NCBI RefSeq assembly: GCF_006345805.1
Contig: NC_043013.1
Location: 30,194,001-30,258,000 of the forward strand
Reading direction: 5' to 3'
From: Octopus sinensis
Lineage: Eukaryota
Length of the DNA stretch: 64,000 bases
The notes beneath the pieces are model-generated. The model saw only the letters and a list, made by a program, of their open reading frames with translations. It made no database searches and was not told the origin of the DNA. A program made the translations under genes and the position numbers. Positions 52,920 to 64,000 of the stretch are shown in pieces. Numbering within the stretch: position 1 is the first letter of the stretch; each line of letters starts with the position of its first letter.

Positions 52920-53316
52920 ATATATATATATTTAAAAAAAAATTAGAGACTGAATTCTTTAAAATTAATGTATTTTATCAATGGCCAGCATATAAAAGCC
53001 TTTTAGGTAAAATACATTTATAGAGATATATAACTGTATGAGGTACAATTAGGCTATTATACCTATATGCTGAAAGCGCGTGCCTAATATATTCTATCAC
53101 TTCAAAAATATTCACTTCACAATTAAATATACATGTTGAAAGTGGGAAAGTAAGCTGGCTAACAATTCATTTTGAAGTGGTTGGACGTATTCGGCGCGCT
53201 CTTCCAGCTTAAAGGCATAATAGCTTTTTGTACCCGTAATTATAACTGTACTCTATAGTGATATCTTTCTTCATTCCATCACCCTCGCTCTTTCTCTCTC
53301 TATCACTCGCCCCCCG

Positions 53317-53359
<43 letters not shown>

Positions 53360-53989
53360 CATATTTGTGCACGTGTAATCACAGCAGATTTCCACATTTT
53401 CTTTATATTAAAGTTCACTCAACATTCATCGACCAATCAAATGCTTTGGGAGAATATCTCTTATGTACTTTCAAAGCGAATTTCTGAATTATGCAGTCAT
53501 GTCATTTTATAGTTCTTTCTATTTTAAATCTCTCAAGAAATTTCGAATATACTGAATCTGATATTAAACGTGTCTCTTCTGACAAAAAGGAATCACTTTT
53601 AAGATTCTAAAGATTATTATTTCTCCAAATCATTTTTACACCCGTCGGGCAATTTTTCTCTTCTTTCTTTAATTCAAATTAGTTTTATTCATATGACACA
53701 GTCCGTATATTGTATTGAGCTATACAGATATAGAATATGCTTGCAATATTTAATTTCCTTTCAGAATTTGATTGACATTTTTGATATACGTTTTTGTGCA
53801 CTAAGTCAAAACCGATCCAAAGCTCGCTTAATAACGGAGGAAGATAGTATTGCTACTAAAACACTGAAGGAGAACATCTGAAACCGGTTCTGCTAATGGA
53901 AGTCCACAGATAATGCATATGAAATATCTTACTGAAAGCTATAAGAAAGCTGCGATGTGGAACAAACTTGACTTATATACGACAGCAAC

Positions 53990-54155
53990 AAGAAACAAGG
54001 AACGTCAGAACTGTGTTCAAAACCAGACGCAAACTGAAGCACTGGTAGGCAGCTATAAATTCGAACGACTGTAATCTATTGCCAAAGATCGAGACAGATA
54101 GAAATCTTTATTGCCACACTATGTTCCATATGGAGTCAAATGCATTGAAATTAAG
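53990..54155 (+). mobile_element. RTE-clade LINE 3' end, degenerate
   Basis: SIAKDRDR*KS(F)IATLCSIWSQMH* matches the RTE A.DR..W...V..LC terminus. Confidence 0.55.
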
Positions 54156-55799
54156 TATTCCTGAGTGAATCAATGAATATTTATGAAATTGTAGCTGTTA
54201 AATATTGAATAATACACCATTAGCTTGCGGACTCGCTCTCAAAAATATATAAGATGTTCATTTAGAAAATATAAAGAAAGCATTTAGCTATAATCGACGC
54301 TTTTGAAGGCAGTCAAATAAAAAACTGGAGCTTAATTAAGAAACTAACTTCCGCTGCAAAAATATAGAATTATCCAGAATTAATCATGAAATTTACATTT
54401 TTAAACCGTGGAGAGACGTTTCACTAGATAGTAACATGTTTTAGCGGTTACGTAAAATGAATAAGTTGTTATTGTTCTTGTTTATGTCAAGATCAGCTCT
54501 GAAGACATGAACAAAACTTGTATTGGCGCTACTTTTCCCATTCCTACTCGGTCATAAAAAGTTAGATGACAATTGTATGACAGCTGGTGTGCTAATTACT
54601 ATGTAAGTAATTACCTACCTGTAACATTACAAACGCCATGTGTAAGCAACGATTTTATGGGCTATTGTGAGGTGTTCAGAATTGCAAGTTACTTTTCTCA
54701 TTGCTTCGACACATATATTGGAAATTATTGAGATGATATGTAATTGAGCATCATATTGAACCATTATCACGAATTACCATATTGAGAATTGCATATAAGG
54801 TGTGTTATATTAAAATACATAACTGACTATAGAATGATTAACGGCAACGATGGAAAGAGAAAAGCAGGCTCGATTAGCTATGTAATAACCTCAATTATAT
54901 AATCATTCAGATTTCGTAACTATCACAAAATAGAAGTAAATCAAACAGGATTATTATTCATACATGCGATTATTTTATACAAGTAATCGTTTATTACATT
55001 AAATCATCTCATTTAGTCATTTTTGTTTCTTTTCATAAACACCTACCGTTTATGATCTTACGTGAAGCATGGAACCATTTGGAAATTAGACATGTGCAAA
55101 GTATATAAGAAAATATTAAGCAAAGTTAATGAGTGTTGCAGTAATGTCTTCTGCTATATTTCCAATCGATAACAACAGTTACTATTAGGCTTTGTAAATT
55201 TAATATTACTGATACACATTCATTAGCCAGGAAATTATTTATATATTTCCTATTAAATTCTGATAACAATAGCGTAATTTCTTTATTTTAGCGCTGTAAG
55301 ACGCATTAACTACTTTGCTGGCGAAAGGCTATTAATATCTAGCTGCTGCTATTTTGTTCGAATATCAGATCAGAAACAGATGAAAACGATCACCTTATAA
55401 TATCGTTATATGAGCCACTAACTTTAGAGCATATATCACTATTTTTTTCTACTATACATAAGAGGCCTGCAATTTTGTGGGGAGGGGCAAGTCGGTTATA
55501 TAGACCCCAATGATCGACTGGTAATTATTTTATCGACTCTGAATTGATAAAAGGGAAATCTGACATCAGCAGAACTTGAAATCAGAAAGTAAAGCCGGAA
55601 AAAATTCCGCTAGCATTTTATCGGTTCTGCTAATAAATTCTTTCAGCTCACCGACTTCATACATACATTAAGGAAACACATTTTGCAAGTTTTTTTTTTT
55701 AATATATTGCACTAAATTCCAGGGAAAACGCCCATAATAATTCAGTGTTAAAGCTTCATTTACCGCTCGGAAGAATTTTTTCTACATGATATACCATAT

Positions 55800-56400
55800 A
55801 CATACCTACATACATACATATACCTACCTACCTACCTACCTACATACATACATACATACATACATACATACATGATGGCTGCCCCCTCCTTATCGAGTAT
55901 GACCACTGCACGAGGCTTAACTGTCAACGGTGCTGTGAACGAACGTGACTTTTTAGCCTAGATAAAGATCTACAATATCTTGTACAGAATTGGCAGCTAA
56001 AACCTTTACCGGCAATAGCAGGCTGTAGTTTAACTGGGCTTCATTTATCTTTGCATGTCGTTTAAGTCCTCCCGCCGAATTGCACTCCCTTATACATGAC
56101 TGACAGATATGATTAGTATGGTATGTAGCATCACCACAAGTGGCCTGCTTGTCAATCATCGGTCTCACTTTATGACTACGAAGATGACACTTGGCTCCAG
56201 CTTTGCTGAGGCACGGTCTTGCACAGACACTGCATGTCAGCATTATAGGAAGGCCCTTCCCATCTGGAAGTGCTGCAGCGATGCCCTTCCTGACATCCCT
56301 CCTTACTCTCTCATGCGTAACTCGAGATTTTTCAAAAGTAGTTGTCTCCTCGTACACAATCCTTCTCTACCTGCTACGGTCAATAGCTATGCCGTCCCAC
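55800..56400 (-). mobile_element. RTE-clade LINE 3' fragment with three C2H2-like fingers and a (TGTA)n tail
   Basis: WDGIAIDRSR*RRIVYEE..FE; CSVC...HLRSH; CQSC...LKRH; CQFC...LKSHVRSQH; 3' end gggcagccatca(tgta)n. Confidence 0.8.
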
Positions 56401-57174
56401 CACCTTCTCTCTTTCTATCTCGCTCTCTGTCTATCTGCCTCTCTCTCCTCTCTCTCTCTATATATATGTATACATACATATATATATATATACCACACAC
56501 ACACACACACACACACATACACACACACACACATACACAACACACACACACACACACACATACACACACACACATACAAGAATGGCAGTATTTTTCCTGT
56601 ATCATTTTGCGTAACACATTACTTTTTAATTAATACTATAGCTCTTAGTTTGTAGACCTCTATTACACTTTATTTGAAGGTATGCCTTTTTTTAATTTAT
56701 TTAATATGTAATGCTATTATTTTGCTGTGCTTGAGTATGTGTGTGTGGGGTGTATGTTTGTGCTTGCACACGTAGGATATCTCTATAGTAATCTATATGA
56801 CCCTTATTTAATTGTAATGAACTGTAAAATAAATTGAATTTTTTTTTGCGTATTTAAAGGTGAGCACCATTTACCAAAAGCATTATATCAATTTTTCGTC
56901 CCAATTAGATGCAATAAATAAACAGCACAATTCGCATTTTGTACAGATCTGTGTGTCTTGAAAGCACCAACAGAAAGACAACGTTTAATACATGATTGCC
57001 AAAAAATTCTCAGCTGGCATGGTGTATTATTAACTACGCATGGGAAATGTAGCTTTGATTGGCCAAAGCAAAAGAGTTAAAGAGACAAATGAGATTCTAA
57101 ATGGAACCTATGAAGGCATTACTAATTGCCATTGGTTCTTTGATTCTTTCTTCCAGGTGTCCCCTTTTAATTTT

Positions 57175-57560
57175 ATTACCTCTCCCAAGGAAGGAGGTTA
57201 TGTTTTCATCGACGCTGGTTTTTCCGTCTGTCCGTCTGTGTGCAAAATAACTCCAAAAGCTCTAAACGGTATTTGTTGAAACTTTCAAAAAATGTTGGTA
57301 ATGACACAAGGAACAGATGGTGAAATGTTGGTAATGATCAAGGACTTTTAATGGATTCTTGAAGGATTTTTCTTTTGTTATATTTACTTTACATGAAGTA
57401 TTACAAAGTTATGTTCTTTGATTAACTCCCTTAAAAACACGTTCATCGTTTGCACGTAACCTATGGTGGAGTTGCTGTTTCCAAAGTTTATTTTCATTTC
57501 TCTATTAGTACTTTTATTTGCGTATCTATCTTAAAAGGAGCTGCTTGGCGGAGGTCTGTG
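57175..57560 (+). mobile_element. Helentron-associated non-autonomous element (HINE/DINE-like)
   Basis: 5' attacctctcccaagg..aggttatgttttcatc, gtctgtccgtctg tract, and the complementary subterminal motif cttggcggaggt (57544-57555). Confidence 0.65.
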
Positions 57561-57564
57561 GAGG

Positions 57565-58045
57565 ATGGCACGACAAGCCTTGACTATTGGAATCAACACA
57601 AAAAGCTCAGGTTTGCTCCCTCCACCGCCGCTGTGAGCGTTATATTATATGTATGATGTAGAAAATATTCCATCAACATTGCCCATCTTTAAACTTCGTC
57701 CGAGGTTTGGCCCCCGTGCCATCCATCCGCTACAGAGATGTTCGTGTCGTATCACAACACTATGACAACTATTTCACCTGAATTGGCCCTGCTCTCTTCA
57801 ACATCGTGCCAGACACACATAAAGGAGGAAAGTGACTTCACGGCATTCAAACGATCCCTAGATGTTTACACCCAACAAATACCAGATAAACCACTGACAC
57901 CCAAATATGTCTCTGAAAACAATAAACCCCAGCTTGAATGGGCTACGGTTCCCCAGAGTTGCCTGTGTATCACTTCCAAGTGGTGCTATTAAATTAGACA
58001 TGGCCTGAGTCAACTTCGGCTGAAACTTATCTAAGTAATCTAATC
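57565..58045 (+). mobile_element. CR1-group LINE 3' fragment
   Basis: LDYWNQHKKL, LHRRCERYII, GPALFNIVP, FKRSLDVYTQQIPDKP; tail catggcc-hairpin-ctgaaac(ttatcta). Confidence 0.75.
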
Positions 58046-58126
58046 TATGCTGCAACCTTTAGAGGCTGATATCTTAACATTTCTGATGGTCTTAAGTATA
58101 AAAAAAAATTATTAAACATTTATATA

Positions 58127-58495
58127 GGCGCAGGAGTGGCTGTGTGGTAAGTAGCTTGCTAACCAACCACACGGTTGCGGGTTCAGTCCCACTGCGTGGC
58201 ATCTTGGGTAAGTGTCTTCTGCTATAGCTCCGGGCCGACCAATGCCTTGTGAGTGGATTTGGTAGACGGAAACTGAAAGAAGCCTGTCGTATATATGTAT
58301 ATATATGTATATGTGTGTGTGTTTGTGTGTCTGTGTTTGTCCCCCTAGCATTGCTTGACAACCGATGCTGGTGTGTTTACGTCCCCGTCACTTAGCGGTT
58401 CGGCAAAAAGAGACCGATAGAATAAGTACTAAAAGGTGGTGCTCCAGCATGGCCGCAGTCAGATGACTGAAACAAGTAAAAGAGAGTAAAAGAGT
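58127..58495 (+). mobile_element. SINE family A, full length
   Basis: ggcgcaggagtggctgtgtggtaagtagc...ggtggtgctccagcatggccgcagtcagatgactgaaacaagtaaaagag. Confidence 0.9.
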
Positions 58496-58689
58496 ATAGG
58501 ACTCCATTCAGAGTATGTCTATAAGCTATTGTTTTTAGACCCGGTTTCAATCCTTAAACTATTCTGTTTTATAGATGCAATTATTATTTTAATAAAGCAC
58601 TCCCAAATTAGAAAAATCAATAATCTGCAACAATATTGGTCCCATGAATATCGCGTAATGGATTTTCAACTGTGTAAAGAAACTGATTG

Positions 58690-59089
58690 TGGTAATCGTA
58701 GTTTTGATGGTGATTGTGTTGAAAGCAGTGACAGTGTTGATGATGACGATGGTCGAGATAAGTATGGGAGGAGGATAAAATAGTAATGGCCACAGGAGCA
58801 GTGTGATGTGTGATGCTAAGGTGATGGTGGTAATAATGGTGTTGATGATAGTGTTAGTTGTGTGATGGTGATATTGTTGTGATTATACTGGTTGTGGTGG
58901 TGAAAGTGACTATCAAAGTAACCGTCATAATAACGTTGATGGCGGTGTACGTGGTGGAAGTGGAAGCAATGACAATGCTGCTGATACTGTTGGTCGTTGT
59001 GGTGGTGATGATGATAGTGGTCGTCATCGTCGTAGTGCTGCTCCTGCTGGTTTGGTGGAGGTCTGCGCTCTCCGAATGCTTTTCTAGTT
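58690..59089. repeat. degenerate (GTG/GAT)n low-complexity tract ending in a HINE-type 3' terminus
   Basis: ttggtggaggtctgcgctctccgaatgcttttCTAGtt at 59052-59089. Confidence 0.65.
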
Positions 59090-59538
59090 TGTCTAATGGA
59101 ATTTCGCAGACGGACACTGTAATATGGTTACACACACACACACGTGTGTCTATAAACTGCATGCATATATATAGGTAAATGTGCATGTGTGTGTATATAT
59201 GAGCGTTAGTATCTTACGCAGCTCCACATTACTTGAACTTTCGTGGGGTCTCAAGATACGTCTAACTCACAAAATATTAGTCCCTTACTACCCACCATAT
59301 TTCCAGTAAACAGTCGCATAATTGCCAAATACATGTAACTCCACCCAAACATGTATTGTGCTACTCCCTTTTGTTTGTTCAGTCATATGTATATATATAT
59401 ATATTTAAATTTAAAATGGGGTGAGAAATTGGATGTAAATTTAATTAACATCGATTTAACACCAGCGGTCTAGCATATTAAAATCTGAAAGTTCAGTAAT
59501 TTGTATTATATATGGTCATCCCTCTCATATGTATATGC

Positions 59539-59604
<66 letters not shown>

Positions 59605-59616
59605 GATAGATAGGTA

Positions 59617-59690
<74 letters not shown>

Positions 59691-60126
59691 ATTCATATAT
59701 ATCGGGTCATCTAATAAATAATGCAGTTATTTATACTTCTATTTTTCTTAATTAAGATAAAGTTTTTTATTTTAATCTGAAATATATTCTCCTTTATTTT
59801 CTACAATTATCTTCCATCTACCTCACAGACTTGCATGGCCCCTCTTCCAAAATATACTTGTCTATGGTGAAAAAACACTCCTTTATCACTGTTCTCACCT
59901 CGTCTATAGAATTCATATTTTTTCCGTCAAATGATTTTGAAAACTGCAGAATTAATTATTATCAGATGGGAATGAACGACAAAGTTGAGTATTTAAAAGT
60001 GCTCGCAAAGTTGAGCATTGTCTTGCTCATTTTCATTATATCACATATTATCCATGATATATACGTGTGTATAGGCAACTCTTTGTTTGTGTGTATATAT
60101 ATGTACGTGTATGTATATACATATGG

Positions 60127-60159
<33 letters not shown>

Positions 60160-60310
60160 TGTATGTATGTATGTATGTATATATATATATATATTATATA
60201 ATTAAACATTTATATATACATACATACGTATAAAGATATATATATGTATATATATATATATCTCCATATATACATAACCCCTCCATATATATATATATTA
60301 TATATATATA

Positions 60311-61826
60311 TATGCATGTATATACACATTTACATGCATATTATATATTCAAATTTGGAATATGTATATATATATATATAATGCCTACCTACATGTATAT
60401 ATGTATGTCTATATGTGCATGTCTGTTTCTGTGTGATTTGATTACAACGAAAGAAAGAGCACACAATACCTGGTATTGTGTTTGCATTTATGTGGAAACA
60501 TTTACTTCTTTAATCGAACGTGCATTTACAGTGTGATCAGTTAAACAATGTGCTTTCAACAAGTCTAATATAACGATGTGTTAACGAGGTGTCATTCCAG
60601 TGCGAGCGTACTATGCATTTATTATATATATATATCCGAAACATTAGAGATTTGAAGCAGGAAAACGATGTCACTGATTTTGTCCAGCTCATAAAAATGG
60701 GCTTTGCAATGTATAGAGACATTAACAATTTAGCTCTTGTAAGACTCGACCATCATACAAATACGATAAACGTTTTAAAACATATAGCGCTAAATTCAGC
60801 CGAGAGAATATCACATTACAGGATACACTGGATAAAAAGAACACGAAAATAATTCATACCAATGGTTATATGTCTATTGAAATATCTGTATCCGCCCACT
60901 TAGAATATTCATTTCATGAAAAAATATTGCATATCTGATGGGGAATATATGCCACTAAATTTTGAATCTTGACTGCCATCAGTCATTTCATATTTAGATT
61001 TAAATGTCTAATGAAATATACGTTTCTCATTCGAAAATCATCAAGAATTCAGGAACGAAGGAGGGATATGAGCGCCTCTCTATAACATGGTAGATCATAG
61101 ATAACGCCAATACATAATTCACAGGATCATATAACTACAGGTAGTGTCTAACAGAAATGATACGGATACTTACGCAGAGACTAATGCCAGGAGAATGTCG
61201 TTCGCATAATGGTACTGCTGAAATAGAAGGCTTATATTTTAACGACAACGTAGCCGTGGTCAAAGGAATATAGTCAAAGAAAGCGGTACAAGCGCAGGAA
61301 AAGAAAACATCAATGTGAACGTAATTACAGAGAGCCAGTAATTAATGCCCATCTAAAAATAAAAATAAAAATGGTCTTAATTTCTTCCAGATGCTTGACA
61401 TTTACCGAAGTTTGCATGCATCGTTAAGTCATCAAGAAGTGTCCTCGAAGATTAGAAGCTTCGATGTGTTACTCTTTTCGATGAGTAGAGACTTGGATGA
61501 AATAATTCATGACAAGAGATTTGAATGAATTACACATCCTATACAACAAAGAATACTAGTAAACCTTAATTTGTAGTATAGTCGACAACTTGGACGCGTA
61601 TTGCCCAGTGATAATAAGCAAAGGACATAAGCTATATATTTTATACTTGCGAACCTCAAAGCAGTAATGAGGTGTTAGTGTCCTCAAAATTATTTCCACT
61701 GCATAATTATATATATTTCTAATTTCTATATTGCCCACAAGGGGCTAAACATAGAGGGGACGAATAAGGACCGACAAAGAGATTAAGTCGATTATATGGA
61801 CCCCAGTGCGTAACTGGTACAGAATT

Positions 61827-61862
<36 letters not shown>

Positions 61863-62004
61863 CGTGTGTGTATGTGTGTTTGTGTGTGTGTGTGTGAGTG
61901 TGTGTCTATATATAATATATGTATATATAGTTATATAGATAAATATACACCAGTATATATATATACACACACACAAACACATACACACGCACATACACAC
62001 ACAT

Positions 62005-62061
<57 letters not shown>

Positions 62062-63574
62062 ATATATATATATATGCATGTATATACACATTTACTGCAT
62101 ATTATATATTCAAATTTGAATATATATATATATATATATGCCTACCTACATGTATATATGTATGTCTATATGTGCATGTCTGTTTCTGTGTGATTTGATT
62201 ACAACGAAAGAAGAGCACACAATACCTGGTATTGTGTTTGCATTTATGTGGAAACATTTACTGCTTAATCGAACGTGCATTTACAGTGTGATCAGTTAAA
62301 CAATGTGCTTTCAACAAGTCTAATATAACGATGTGTTAACGAGGTGTCATTCCAGTGCGAGCGTACTATGCATTTATTATATATATATATCCGAAACATT
62401 AGAGATTTGAAGCAGGAAAACGATGTCACTGATTTTGTCCAGCTCATAAAAATGGGCTTTGCAATGTATAGAGACATTAACAATTTAGCTCTTGTAAGAC
62501 TCGACCATCATACAAATACGATAAACGTTTTAAAACATATAGCGCTAAATTCAGCCGAGAGAATATCACATTACAGGATACACTGGATAAAAAGAACACG
62601 AAAATAATTCATACCAATGGTTATATGTCTATTGAAATATCTGTATCCGCCCACTTAGAATATTCATTTCATGAAAAAATATTGCATATCTGATGGGGAA
62701 TATATGCCACTAAATTTTGAATCTTGACTGCCATCAGTCATTTCATATTTAGATTTAAATGTCTAATGAAATATACGTTTCTCATTCGAAAATCATCAAG
62801 AATTTCAGGAACGAAGGAGGGATATGAGCGCCTCTCTATAACATGGTAGATCATAGATAACGCCAATACATAATTCACAGGATCATATAACTACAGGTAG
62901 TGTCTAACAGAAATGATACGGATACTTACGCAGAGACTAATGCCAGGAGAATGTCGTTCGCATAATGGTACTGCTGAAATAGAATATTTTAACGACAACG
63001 TAGCCGTGGTCAAAGGAATATAGTCAAAGAAAGCGGTACAAGCGCAGGAAAAGAAAACATCAATGTGAACGTAATTACAGAGAGCCAGTAATTAATGCCC
63101 ATCTAAAAATAAAAATAAAATTGGTCTTAATTTCTTCCAGATGCTTGACATTTACCGAAGTTTGCATGCATCGTTAAGTCATCAAGAAGTGTCCTCGAAG
63201 ATTAGAAGCTTCGATGTGTTACTCTTTTCGATGAGTAGAGACTTGGATGAAATAATTCATGACAAGAGATTTGAATGAATTACACATCCTATACAACAAA
63301 GAATACTAGTAAACCTTAATTGTAGTATAGTCGACAACTTGGACGCGTATTGCCCAGTGATATAAGCAAAGGACATAAGCTATATATTTTATACTTGCGA
63401 ACCTCAAAGCAGTAATGAGGTGTTAGTGTCCTCAAAATTATTTCCACTGCATAATTATATATATTTCTAATTTCTATATTGCCCACAAGGGGCTAAACAT
63501 AGAGGGGACGAATAAGGACCGACAAAGAGATTAAGTCGATTATATGGACCCCAGTGCGTAACTGGTACAGAATT

Positions 63575-63606
<32 letters not shown>

Positions 63607-63752
63607 CGTGTGTGTATGTGTGTTTGTGTGTGTGTGTGTGTGAGTGTGTGTCTATATATAATATATGTATATATAGTTATATAGATAAATATACACCAGT
63701 ATATATATATATACACACACACAAACACATACATACGCACATACACACACAT

Positions 63753-63813
<61 letters not shown>
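60311..63813 (+). repeat. tandem duplication of about 1.75 kb (60311-62072, 62073-63813)
   Basis: Near-identical copies differing by scattered 1-bp indels, one 6-bp deletion and rare substitutions; each includes a SINE B 3' fragment on the minus strand (about 61722-61820 and 63468-63570). Confidence 0.95.
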
Positions 63814-64000
63814 AATAATAAGAGGCGAGCAACAGGTTGTATGACTCCACATACAACATATCCATGTAATTCACATACGTAAAACAGAAGGAAAAAATAA
63901 CGAAAACATAGTCTAGGGTTAGTTACGAACGCGTTTCTGGGTTAGAATTATAAATCAATTCATTTCCTTCATCAACGCAACAGTCCACTTAAATAGATTT

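Noticed and set aside
58820-59130. His-rich minus-strand frame (HYDDDDHYHHHHH...) suggesting a cephalopod histidine-rich protein
   Set aside because: Degenerate CAC/CAT/GAC trinucleotide DNA; the other frames give Thr- or Val-rich strings, it has no start or signal peptide, and it lacks Gly-His/Gly-Ala repeat organisation
61015-61050. TTGATGA...GAAACGTA on the minus strand as a hammerhead
   Set aside because: No stem I or stem II pairing; a chance match

Overview
AT-rich, microsatellite-saturated eukaryotic DNA. It is most likely an Octopus genome; this is inferred from the tRNA-derived SINE families and the very high (TA)n/(CA)n/(TACA)n/(AAT)n density. I recognise no host protein-coding gene. 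Almost every ORF in the supplied track is a microsatellite translation or a transposon fragment, so the window reads as intronic or intergenic. Recognisable content: three SINE families; a fairly young 5'-truncated Penelope-like element (RT plus GIY-YIG, 34.2-35.85 kb, minus); an internally deleted Tx1/L1 LINE with a nested SINE (15.0-17.2 kb); 3' fragments of CR1-like and RTE LINEs; a Gypsy relic; mariner, Tc1 and Chapaev-3-like DNA transposon relics; and non-autonomous Helitron/Helentron-type elements. Two near-identical tandem duplications (0.84 kb and 1.75 kb) differ mostly by 1-bp indels and look like assembly or haplotype artefacts. The most interesting signal is a family of short elements embedded in microsatellites that carry minimal type-I hammerhead-ribozyme folds. 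Two copies sit tail-to-tail at 47.4-47.7 kb and share a non-canonical CCGANGA core; a third at 24.0 kb has the canonical CUGAAGA core. The window also has repeated fold-back (inverted-duplication) structures and an unexplained compound satellite with 10-bp periodicity at the Penelope 5' junction.
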